Source: Chloroflexota bacterium (GTDB taxonomy: Bacteria > Chloroflexota > Limnocylindria > Limnocylindrales > CSP1-4). Taken from it: 36,674 nucleotides of DNA. Below, piece after piece: positions 8,284-16,437 of this stretch. The stretch is from the NCBI GenBank assembly GCA_031404615.1, contig JANNHX010000173.1:1-36674 (forward strand), given 5' to 3'. The position numbers were made by a program, and so were the translations under genes. How positions within the stretch are numbered: the first letter of the stretch is position 1; every line of letters starts with the position of its first letter. Under the pieces are notes generated by a model. The model was not told the DNA's origin, ran no database searches, and saw only the letters and a list, made by a program, of their open reading frames with translations.

Positions 8284-9111
8284 ATGTCCGCCGCAATGCC
8301 CGCCCCGAACGCCGCGCTCCGGTGGCTCGGCGAAGCCCGTGCCGTCCTCGACCGCCTCGAGGCGACAGAGCTCGGGGCGATCGAGGATGCAGCGGAGATC
8401 TTCGCGACCACGATCGCCGCCGACCGCCTTGTCCACGTCTTCGGATCAGGGCACTCGCGGATGAACACGGAGGAGATGTTCCCGCGCATCGGCAGCTTCC
8501 CGGGCTTCCATCCCGTCGCCGAGCTCGCCATCAGCAACCATGTGGGCGTCGTGGGGCCCAACGGGTTGCGCCAGGCCATGTTCCTCGAGAAGGTCGACGG
8601 CTTCGGCAAGGTCATCCTCCAGCAGTTCAAGTGCCACCCGGGCGACGCGTTCCTGGTCTTCTCGAGCACGGGGATCAACGGCGTCGTCATCGAGATCGCG
8701 CTCTATGCCAGGAAGATGGGGATGCCCGTGGTCGTCGTGACGTCGGTGGACCACGGCAACGCCACGGCCTCGCGCCACCCCAGCGGCATGAAGCTCATGG
8801 AGATCGCCGACGTCCTGATCGACAACGGGTCGCCGGCCGGAGACGCCGTCGTGGCGATCGATGGGCTGCCGTACAAGGTGGGCCCCAGCAGCTCCGTGGG
8901 TGCCATCTCGGTCGTGAACATGCTCAAGACGCGCACGGCCGAGAAGCTGGTCGAGCGCGGGGTCCTCCCGGTGGTGCTCACCAGCCCGCACTTCGTCGGC
9001 TCGAGCGAGGGCGCCGAGCAGCTCGAACGGGTCTACGAGGAGCACTTCCGGCGCGTTCGCGCAGCCTACGACTCGGACGGTGCCATCGCGGTGCCGGAGA
9101 CCTACGAGTGA
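8284..9111 (+). CDS. SIS-domain protein (UPF0309-like sugar-phosphate isomerase/binding family)
   Basis: LVHVFGSGHSRMNTEEMFPRIGSFPGFHP...FLVFSSTGINGVVIEIALYARKMGMPVVVVTS. ATG at 8284 has GGAG 6 nt upstream and lies 13 nt after the GntR stop. The upstream part of the 423-aa ORF is off-frame overlap with the GntR gene. Confidence 0.8.
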   Translation: MSAAMPAPNAALRWLGEARAVLDRLEATELGAIEDAAEIFATTIAADRLVHVFGSGHSRMNTEEMFPRIGSFPGFHPVAELAISNHVGVVGPNGLRQAMFLEKVDGFGKVILQQFKCHPGDAFLVFSSTGINGVVIEIALYARKMGMPVVVVTSVDHGNATASRHPSGMKLMEIADVLIDNGSPAGDAVVAIDGLPYKVGPSSSVGAISVVNMLKTRTAEKLVERGVLPVVLTSPHFVGSSEGAEQLERVYEEHFRRVRAAYDSDGAIAVPETYE

Positions 9112-9926
9112 GCGATCGGCTCCGTGGCCGGGCCGTGCTGGTCACCGGGGCCACGGGCATCGCCGGCGCGACCGCCGTGCGCGTCGCGAGTGAGGGTGCG
9201 TCCGTCTTCATCGGGACCCGAACCCAGGCCCACGGCGAAGCGCTCGTGGCGCGCATCCGCGACGCCGGGGGCCGCGCCGAGTGTCTGGCCGCCGACCTCA
9301 CGGTCCCGGAGTCGGCCGCTCGCATCGTCGACGCGTGTCGAGCGGCGTTCGGCTCGGTCGACGCAGTGTTCAACGTGGCCGGCGGGAGCGGCCGCCGCTT
9401 CGGCGACGGCCCCGTCCACGAGGCGGATGCCGGGGCATGGGACGCGACGCTCGAGCTCAACGGCCGCTCGGCCTTCCTCGTTTGTGGCGCCGCGGTGCGC
9501 GCGATGCTCGACCAGCCGCCTGGGCCGGACGGGTGTCGGGGCGCCGTCCTCAACATGTCGAGCGTCCTGGCCGCGCACCCTAGCGCGGGGTTCTTCGCGA
9601 CGCACGCCTACACCGCGTCAAAGGGGGCCGTGGAGGCCTTCAGCCGGGCCATGGCGGCGCGCTACGCTCGGGATGGGATCCGGGTCAACGTCATCGCCCC
9701 GGCGCTGACCCGCACGCCGATGGCCGGACGGGCCGCGGCCGATCCCGCCACGGTCGCCTACGCGGCCTGGAAGCAGCCGCTCGCAGGGGGGTTCATGGAG
9801 CCCGAGGACATCGCCGGCACCGCCGCGTTCCTCCTGTCGGCCGATTCCGCCCGCGTGACCGGCCAGACTGTCACCGTGGACGCCGGCTTCGCGCTCATGG
9901 ATGCCTCGTCGGCGGGCGCCTCGTGA
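9108..9926 (+). CDS. Short-chain dehydrogenase/reductase (SDR)
   Basis: VLVTGATGIAGATA (TGxxxGxG) and the catalytic YTASK (YxxxK). GTG start overlaps the SIS stop (GTGA, 9108-9111). Confidence 0.9.
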   Translation: MSDRLRGRAVLVTGATGIAGATAVRVASEGASVFIGTRTQAHGEALVARIRDAGGRAECLAADLTVPESAARIVDACRAAFGSVDAVFNVAGGSGRRFGDGPVHEADAGAWDATLELNGRSAFLVCGAAVRAMLDQPPGPDGCRGAVLNMSSVLAAHPSAGFFATHAYTASKGAVEAFSRAMAARYARDGIRVNVIAPALTRTPMAGRAAADPATVAYAAWKQPLAGGFMEPEDIAGTAAFLLSADSARVTGQTVTVDAGFALMDASSAGAS

Positions 9927-11248
9927 GCTCGGCGCTTGCGTACGATGTCGTCGTCGTCGGGTCCGGCTCGGCGGGCTCGTCGGCCGCCATCGCCGCGGCC
10001 CGTGGCGGGGCCTCGGTCCTGCTGATCGAGAAGCTTCCGTTCCTGGGTGGCACCAGCACGGCGGTCCTGGACACCTTCTACGGGTTCTGGACGCCCGGGT
10101 CCAGCCCGCGGAAGGTCGTCGGCGGGATCGGCGACGAGGTCGTCGCGCGGCTCCGGGAGATCGGCCCCGTCGTGGAGCGGCCGAACACCTTCGGAGCCGG
10201 CCTCGGCGTGACCTATCACCCGGACGAGCTCAAGGTCGCCTGGGAGTCGCTCGTCACGGAGTCCGGCGCGCGGGTCCTCCTCCACGCGTTCGTCCAGGCC
10301 GCCACGGTCCGTTCGGGGCGCCTCGAGTCCGTCACCGTCGCCACCAAGGCCGGACTCCTCGAGGTCGGTGGCTCGGTCTTCATCGACGCCTCGGGCGACG
10401 CCGACCTGTGCCACTTCGCCGGCTTCGGGTACGAGCTGGCGGGCGAGCTCGAGCCTGCGCAGACGCTGACGACGACCTTCCGGATGGTCAATGTCGACCA
10501 GGCCCGGCGACGGACTGTCAGCAAGGCGGAGGTCAACGCCAGACTCGCGGCCGCGGCGGCGACGGGCCGGTACGATCTCCCTCGGCGGGAGGGCTCCGAC
10601 CACATCACGCCGATCGCCGGGGTGACGGCCACGATCATGACGCGCCTCGACTCGTATCGGACGTCCGACGGCCGCGTGGTAAACGCCAGCGATCCGTGGC
10701 TGCTGACCGAGGCCGAGATCGCCGGCCGTCGCCAGGCCCTGGAGTACGTGCGGTTCCTGGTCGACCACGTCCCCGGCTACGAGGATGCGCACCTGGCCAG
10801 CTTCGGGACCCAGGTCGGGGTCCGCGAGACGCGCCGGGTGTACGGCGACCACCGGCTCACCCGCGACGAGGTGCTGTCGGCCGCGCAGTTCGATGACCAG
10901 GTCGCGCTGTGCGGGGCGCCCCTGGAGGACCACCACGCCGGGGCGGACACCGCGTGGACCTACCTGCCCGAAGGGGCAGCCGTCGGCATCCCCTACCGCA
11001 CGCTGCTCGTGAGGGACGCGGACAACGTCCTCGTCGCCGGCCGCTGCTTCTCGGCCACGCATGACGCCCACGCGTCGGTCCGCTCGATGGCCCAGTGCAT
11101 GGCGATGGGCCAGGCGGCCGGAACGGCGGCCGCGCTCGCGGTGGCGGGTCGAGTGACGCCGCGCGAGGTGGCACCGGGCAACCTCCGGGCGGCCCTTGCC
11201 GAAGGCAACGCCATCCTCGAGCTCGACGACGTGGCGGTTCTCGGGTGA
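9923..11248 (+). CDS. FAD-dependent oxidoreductase (FAD_oxidored-type, about 440 aa)
   Basis: YDVVVVGSGSAGSSAAIAAARGGASVLLIEK (GxGxxG + E). GTG start overlaps the SDR stop (GTGA, 9923-9926). Confidence 0.85.
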   Translation: MSSALAYDVVVVGSGSAGSSAAIAAARGGASVLLIEKLPFLGGTSTAVLDTFYGFWTPGSSPRKVVGGIGDEVVARLREIGPVVERPNTFGAGLGVTYHPDELKVAWESLVTESGARVLLHAFVQAATVRSGRLESVTVATKAGLLEVGGSVFIDASGDADLCHFAGFGYELAGELEPAQTLTTTFRMVNVDQARRRTVSKAEVNARLAAAAATGRYDLPRREGSDHITPIAGVTATIMTRLDSYRTSDGRVVNASDPWLLTEAEIAGRRQALEYVRFLVDHVPGYEDAHLASFGTQVGVRETRRVYGDHRLTRDEVLSAAQFDDQVALCGAPLEDHHAGADTAWTYLPEGAAVGIPYRTLLVRDADNVLVAGRCFSATHDAHASVRSMAQCMAMGQAAGTAAALAVAGRVTPREVAPGNLRAALAEGNAILELDDVAVLG

Positions 11249-12249
11249 CGAGCCGGCCGGGCCAGGCGCGGACGGGTGACGCGGGGTTCCTGATCGGCGT
11301 CGACATCGGTGGGACCCGGCTCAAGACCGGCCTCGTCCGCCAGGACGGCACCATCGAGCGGCCCACGGTGGACGCCACGGCGGGGATGCCGTTTCCGGCG
11401 GTGCTGGACCTCATCATCCGACGCGTCGAGGGGCATGTCGAAGCGGGTGGCGGCACGCCGTTGGGGCTCGGCATCGCGCTGCCCGGCATCGTGGAGCCCG
11501 GGTTCGGATCGCGCTACCTGCCGGGCAAGGTGCTGGGGATCGAGGACTTCCCGTTGCGCGACGAGCTCGCCCGCCGGTTCGGGATCCCGGTCCGCTGCGC
11601 CAACGACGGTGCCGCCGCCACCCTCGCGGAGTGGCGGTTCGGCGCTGCGATCGGCATCGACGACGTCGTCGGGCTGACCCTGGGCACGGGTCTCGGGAGC
11701 GGCGTGGTGATCGGCGGGCGGCTCCTCGAGACGGCCAACCTCGGGACGGGCGTGGCCGTCGGGCACTTCACGATCCAGACCGGCGGCCGCCTGTGCCTGT
11801 GTGGCAACCGGGGCTGCGCGGAGAGCCTGGTGTCCGCCAACGCCGTCACCGGGCGGTTGCGTGACGCCCTGACACGGCTCGTCCCGTCATCGCTCGCCGA
11901 GGACTTCGCCCGGGATCCCGCGAGCATCACCTTCCAGTCGCTCATCGGCGGAGTGAGGACGGGTGACCGCGTGTGCACGGAGATCCTGGCCGACTTCGTG
12001 CGGGACCTTGGCACGACGATCGTCACGGCGATCCACGCCTACAACCCAACCGTCGTCGTCCTGGGCGGGGGGCCGATGGCTGCCAGCGACCTGTTCCTTC
12101 ACAACGTGCAGGCGTACGTGAACCAGCACACGTTCATCTTCCCCAAGGGGCGCGTCGTCGAGGTGCGCCAGGCACGGCTGGAGGGCCACGCCGGCGTGCT
12201 CGGGGCCGCAGCCCTCGTCCTGGGCGCAGTCAAGGAGACGGATCGCTGA
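11245..12249 (+). CDS. ROK-family sugar kinase
   Basis: FLIGVDIGGTRLKTG (ATP-binding DxGGT) and the ROK zinc motif CLCGNRGCAE. GTG start overlaps the upstream stop (GTGA, 11245-11248). Confidence 0.9.
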   Translation: MTSRPGQARTGDAGFLIGVDIGGTRLKTGLVRQDGTIERPTVDATAGMPFPAVLDLIIRRVEGHVEAGGGTPLGLGIALPGIVEPGFGSRYLPGKVLGIEDFPLRDELARRFGIPVRCANDGAAATLAEWRFGAAIGIDDVVGLTLGTGLGSGVVIGGRLLETANLGTGVAVGHFTIQTGGRLCLCGNRGCAESLVSANAVTGRLRDALTRLVPSSLAEDFARDPASITFQSLIGGVRTGDRVCTEILADFVRDLGTTIVTAIHAYNPTVVVLGGGPMAASDLFLHNVQAYVNQHTFIFPKGRVVEVRQARLEGHAGVLGAAALVLGAVKETDR

Positions 12250-13214
12250 TGAGCTTCGTGCGGACCGTGCTCGCCGACATCCCGGCGGCGTCGCTCGGCG
12301 TCACGTACGCGCATGAGCACCTGGTCATCGATGGAGGGCGGCCCGTTGCCCTCTACCCGGACTTCCTGCTCGACGATGTCGACCGGGCGGTCGACGAGCT
12401 GGCCCCGGCGAGAGCCCTGGGCCTGGGGGCGGTGGTGGACGCGATGCCCTGCGACGCCGGGCGCAACGTGCGCAAGCTGGCCGAGATCAGCCGCCGGTCC
12501 GGCGTGCACGTTGTCGCGCCGACGGGCCTGCACCTCGCCAAGTACTACGCCGCGGACCACTGGAGCGTCACCGGCAACCAGGACGTGCTCGCCGCGATGT
12601 TCACCGCCGACATCGAGGCCGGGATCGACGCGAACGACTACGCGGGCCCGACGCTCGACCGCACCGGGCATCGCGCCGGCGTCATGAAGATCGCTGGGAG
12701 CGAGCACGGCCTGACGCCACTGGAGCTGAAGATCTACGCGGCCGCAGGGGCCGCCCATCGGGTCACCGGCTGCCCGATCCTCACCCATTGCACCGAGGGA
12801 ACCGCCGCCCTCGAGCAGATCGAGGTCCTTGGCGGCCACGGCGTTGACCCGCGCCACATCGTGCTCTCGCACACCGACAAGATCGTCGACCGCGACTACC
12901 ACCGCGCGATCCTCGAGACCGGCGCCTATGTCGAATACGACCAGACGTTCCGGTGGGGCGCCGATCGGCCGAACGGCACGCTCACCTTGCTGGAGTGGAT
13001 GCTGGAGGACGGGTTCGGCGACCAGCTCCTGCTCGGGATGGATGCCGCGAGGCAGCGCTACTGGTCCACGTACGGCGGCGCACCCGGCATGTCATTCCTG
13101 CTGGGGACCTTCACCGACGCCATGGAGGCGCGCGGCATCGGCGCCGAAGACCGTCGTCGCATCTTCGTCGCCAACCCGGCGAGCGCCTACAGCTTCGCCC
13201 GACCGGTCGCCTGA
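12249..13214 (+). CDS. Phosphotriesterase-family protein (PHP/PLL-type amidohydrolase, probable lactonase)
   Basis: GVTYAHEHL (HxH metal site), VMKIAGSE (Lys at the carboxylated-lysine position), THCTEG, LSHTD. ATG overlaps the ROK stop by 1 nt (TGATG, 12247-12251). Confidence 0.85.
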   Translation: MSFVRTVLADIPAASLGVTYAHEHLVIDGGRPVALYPDFLLDDVDRAVDELAPARALGLGAVVDAMPCDAGRNVRKLAEISRRSGVHVVAPTGLHLAKYYAADHWSVTGNQDVLAAMFTADIEAGIDANDYAGPTLDRTGHRAGVMKIAGSEHGLTPLELKIYAAAGAAHRVTGCPILTHCTEGTAALEQIEVLGGHGVDPRHIVLSHTDKIVDRDYHRAILETGAYVEYDQTFRWGADRPNGTLTLLEWMLEDGFGDQLLLGMDAARQRYWSTYGGAPGMSFLLGTFTDAMEARGIGAEDRRRIFVANPASAYSFARPVA

Positions 13215-13220
13215 CGAGCG

Positions 13221-14525
13221 CTACATCCCGAAGACCGAGCGGGCAAGCGCCACCCAGCGCGTGAGCCGAGCGCGGTCGCCGGCGATGGCGTAGAGGTCCC
13301 GGAACAGCAGCTCCACGTTGCAGCCGCCGGCCGCATGGGCGGTCCGCCGAAGATCGCGCTCCACGAGCTCCCAGTCGGGGGACGGGCCGCTCAGGAAGGC
13401 CGCGTTGGGCTTGCGGGAGTAGACGTATCGGTCACCCAGCATCTCCGCCACGAGCTCGAAGCTCGCCCACGGGGAGACGGAGACGGACCGCAGGTTGGGC
13501 ATCGCCTCCATGATCAGCTCGAGTCGGTCGTGGACCGGCTCGCAACACCCGTAGTAGACGAGGCCGAAGCGAGCCGCCAGGCGGGCGATGTAGGGCAGGA
13601 AGAACTCGCGGTACATGGCCGGCGACACCGTCGTGGTCTCCTGGGACTCCGCCCAGCACCACAGGTCGCCGAGGCCGGCCGTGCCCGGCGCATCGGCCGG
13701 GGGGAGCGACGACACGTAGCCGTACGCCCGGGGTCCCGCCATCTGGCTGTCGGTGTTCGGCACGATCAGTCCCTCGCGCTCGAGCTCGCCGAACATCCGC
13801 TCGCGGTCACGGGTCATGTACTCCATCAGCTCATGGATCGCGTCGGGCGCGTCGTACAGCCAGTAGAGGAGCCCGTCGTTGCCGATGAAGCGGTAGACCT
13901 GCCACGTGAGACCCAGGAAGTAGTTGCCGGCCCAGCTCTCGTTCCCCTGCTCGACCATGAAGTGGTCGTAGTTGCCGACCCGCACGGGCAGCACGTCGCC
14001 GAATGCGTCCTCCAGGAGGCGCTGCCGGGCCAGCGTGCCGGGCCGGTCGACCGAGAACGACCGCGGCTTGAGCAGCGCGACCTGGGCCGGGCTGCGGATG
14101 GGGAAGTTGAAGGTGTAGCCCAGCGACGGGTCGCCGTCCGCCGTGTGCGCGGGCCGCGTCTCGACGTCCACGCCGAAGGGGGTGCTCCCGATGTCCCAGC
14201 CGATCCGGTAGTAGGGCTCGAGGACGATGTCGTCGCCGACCTCGTCCGCGTGGCGGATCGTGTCGCGCAAGTTCGCCTCCACGGCACGCAGGATCGGTTG
14301 CGCGCAGCGCAGCTCGGACGTCTCGACGTATCCCTCGATGGAGGACGTCTCGAAGAGCACCATCGGCCGCTCCGGGCGCAGGTCGTGCAAGGCCCGCCAC
14401 TGGCGGCGGCGATCTGCCATCACGGGCTGCCCGGCGAGCTCCGCCCAGCGGGTCGCGAGGTCCCGGATGACGGCGCGGTCCGCAGTCGAGGGCACGAGGG
14501 TCGACGGGGCGGGTCGCTCGGTCAT
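13221..14525 (-). CDS. Hypothetical protein, distant UROD/MetE-like TIM-barrel superfamily member
   Basis: 434-aa product. The N-terminal RRRQWRALHDLRPERPMVLFETSSIEGY block and the C-terminal LVYYGCCEPVHDRLELIMEAMPNLRSVSVSPWASFE...YSRKPNAAFL block resemble an uncharacterised family usually annotated as uroporphyrinogen-decarboxylase-like. ATG at 14525 overlaps the upstream stop (ATGA, 14522-14525). Confidence 0.5.
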   Translation of the reverse strand: MTERPAPSTLVPSTADRAVIRDLATRWAELAGQPVMADRRRQWRALHDLRPERPMVLFETSSIEGYVETSELRCAQPILRAVEANLRDTIRHADEVGDDIVLEPYYRIGWDIGSTPFGVDVETRPAHTADGDPSLGYTFNFPIRSPAQVALLKPRSFSVDRPGTLARQRLLEDAFGDVLPVRVGNYDHFMVEQGNESWAGNYFLGLTWQVYRFIGNDGLLYWLYDAPDAIHELMEYMTRDRERMFGELEREGLIVPNTDSQMAGPRAYGYVSSLPPADAPGTAGLGDLWCWAESQETTTVSPAMYREFFLPYIARLAARFGLVYYGCCEPVHDRLELIMEAMPNLRSVSVSPWASFELVAEMLGDRYVYSRKPNAAFLSGPSPDWELVERDLRRTAHAAGGCNVELLFRDLYAIAGDRARLTRWVALARSVFGM

Positions 14526-15649
14526 CGGCAGGGCGTGTCGCGGATCGTCTCCACCATCGCCCAGAAGTTCTCGAGCGGGGTGTCCAGCTGGACGTGGTGG
14601 GTGGGTCCCAGGATCAGGCCGCCCCCGCGCCCGATGGTGTCGAGCCGCAGCCGGATCTCGGCACGGACGTCGTCGGCGGTCCCGAACGGGAGGGTGTGCT
14701 GCTCGTCGATGCTCCCCCAGAACCGGAGGCGGTCGCCGAACTCGCGCTTGATCCAGGCCGGGTCCATGCACGCCGGCTGGACCGGGTTGAGCACGTCGAT
14801 GCCGATCTCGACCAGCTCCGGGAGCACCGCCCGGACGTCACCGTCCGTGTGGTACGCCACCAGCAGCGACGGGTTGATCGCTTTCACGCGGGCGATGAGC
14901 TCGGCCATGCGGGGCTTGTAGAAGCGGCGCCAGGTCGCGGGGCTGAACAGCATCCCCCGCTGGCTGCCGATGTCGTCACCGGTCCACAGCATGTCCACGC
15001 CCAGGCTCGCGAGGCGCTCCGCCGCGGCCATGTGGTAGCGGAACGGGAACTCCACGATCGCGTCTGTCAGCTCGGGCTCGGTGACCATGTCGACGAGCAG
15101 CTGCTCGTAGCCGCGCAGCGCCCAGGCCGTCTCCCAGATCGTCGTGACCGTCGCGCCCACGATGAAGTAGTCGTCCCCGAAGTCGCGGATCGTCGCGATC
15201 GCGTCCGCGTAGAGCGAATCGCGCGTGGGGTCGGGCGGGATGTACGACGCGACCGCCGCGTCGTCGGCGAGCGGGTGGCCCACCATCTCCGTGTACCGCC
15301 CGCCGCCGAACCGCGTCGAGTAGGGCTGGCTCTGCCACGTCACGCCCCACTCGTCCGTGTACCGGTCGCCCTCCTGGTAGTAGCCGTTCGCCCAACCCAC
15401 GGACGTGAGCAGGATGTCCTCGCCGATGGCACGCTCGAGCTCGTGCGTGTTCCCGCCCCCGTGGGGGTTGTGGGCGCCGGCGCGGGCCGCGTCGCTGTTG
15501 AGCGCGAGGTCCGGCTCGGCCAGCATCCCGCGCCGGACGAGGTCGTCCCGGAGCCGGCCGGCGAACTCCGGCGTGAAGCTGATCTGCATCGGGCACCGGT
15601 CGGGTGCCTCACGCGCTAGCGCCTGGAGGACGCGGTCTCGATGACGCAA
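14522..15649 (-). CDS. URO-D family protein of MtaA/CmuA (corrinoid methyltransferase) type
   Basis: N-terminus RHRDRVLQALAREAPDRCP (compare the paralog's SRERVRAALDHREPDRLP). Also MLWTGDDIGSQRGMLFSP...LLVAYHTDGDVRAVLPELVEIGIDVLNPVQP...LRFWGSIDEQHTLPFGT. I place the start at TTG 15649, preceded by GGGAGGAG 6 nt upstream. The longest-ORF GTG at 15736 would overlap the corrinoid gene. Confidence 0.8.
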   Translation of the reverse strand: MRHRDRVLQALAREAPDRCPMQISFTPEFAGRLRDDLVRRGMLAEPDLALNSDAARAGAHNPHGGGNTHELERAIGEDILLTSVGWANGYYQEGDRYTDEWGVTWQSQPYSTRFGGGRYTEMVGHPLADDAAVASYIPPDPTRDSLYADAIATIRDFGDDYFIVGATVTTIWETAWALRGYEQLLVDMVTEPELTDAIVEFPFRYHMAAAERLASLGVDMLWTGDDIGSQRGMLFSPATWRRFYKPRMAELIARVKAINPSLLVAYHTDGDVRAVLPELVEIGIDVLNPVQPACMDPAWIKREFGDRLRFWGSIDEQHTLPFGTADDVRAEIRLRLDTIGRGGGLILGPTHHVQLDTPLENFWAMVETIRDTPCR

Positions 15650-15692
15650 GTGGTCTCCTCCCGGCCGGGTGACCGGCCGCAGCGGCTCCGGG

Positions 15693-16322
15693 CTAGGCTC
15701 CCGCCAGGGCGAGCTTGGCGACGTCGGCGGCAGCACCGGCGTCGGGTGCGTAGTAATCCGCGCCGATGGACGCCGCGAACTCGGGCGTGACGGGGGCTCC
15801 GCCGACGATCACCCTGACGGCGGGGTCGACGGCGTGGACCGCCTCCACGGCGTCGCGCATGCCGACCATCGTCGTCGTGAGCAGCGCGCTGATGCCCACG
15901 ATCGAGGCCCCGAACTCGCGCACCGCGTCGGCGAAGGCCGCGGGAGTGACGTTGACGCCGAGGTCCACGACCGCGATGTTGGCGCCCTTCCACATCATGG
16001 CGACGAGGTTCTTGCCGATGTCGTGGAGGTCGCCCTGGATCGTCCCGATGACGGCGGTGTGCTCCGGCTTGAGGCCCGCGGCCAGGAGGGCCGGCGCGAG
16101 GACGGCCGTGGCCTCCTTCATGGCCCGGGCGCTGATCAGCATCTCGGGCACAAAGATGTCACCGGCCTGGAACCGGGCGCCGACGACCTCCATCGCCGCG
16201 ATCATCGCGTCGAGGACGACCTGCGGGTCCATCCCGTCGGCGACCGCGTCGGTGGTGATCCGGACGGCCGTCGCCCGGTCTCCGGCCTCGATGGCCTGGG
16301 TGAGCGGTACGAGATCAGCCAC
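15693..16322 (-). CDS. Cobalamin-binding corrinoid protein (methyltransferase cognate; B12-binding cap + Rossmann domain)
   Basis: DxHxxG base-off/His-on motif (GDLHDIGKNLV), SxL (ISALLTTT), GG (VIVGGAPV), and an N-terminal helical cap (AIEAGDRATAVRITTDAVADGMDPQVVLDAMIAAMEVVGARFQAGDIFVPEMLISARAM). GTG at 16322 is preceded by AAGGAGA. Confidence 0.9.
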   Translation of the reverse strand: MADLVPLTQAIEAGDRATAVRITTDAVADGMDPQVVLDAMIAAMEVVGARFQAGDIFVPEMLISARAMKEATAVLAPALLAAGLKPEHTAVIGTIQGDLHDIGKNLVAMMWKGANIAVVDLGVNVTPAAFADAVREFGASIVGISALLTTTMVGMRDAVEAVHAVDPAVRVIVGGAPVTPEFAASIGADYYAPDAGAAADVAKLALAGA

Positions 16323-16392
16323 GGGTCTCCTTGGTGCTGTCGGCCCGAGCGCGTGAACGCGAGCGGGGGCTTGAACCGGACGCCGCATGCAG

Positions 16393-16413
16393 TATGATAC
16401 CAATCCTACCAAT
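16393..16413. promoter_or_regulatory. Candidate operator/promoter: TATGATACCAATCCTACCAAT (ATACCAAT plus a direct TACCAAT repeat, overlapping a TATGAT -10-like hexamer)
   Basis: An AT-rich patch lies in the 115-nt divergent gap between the corrinoid-protein operon and the plus-strand URO-D-family gene. It shares the 8-mer with sites at 7387 and 25015. Confidence 0.4.
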
Positions 16414-16437
16414 TGTCACGAGGATTCCGGCGTGCCG

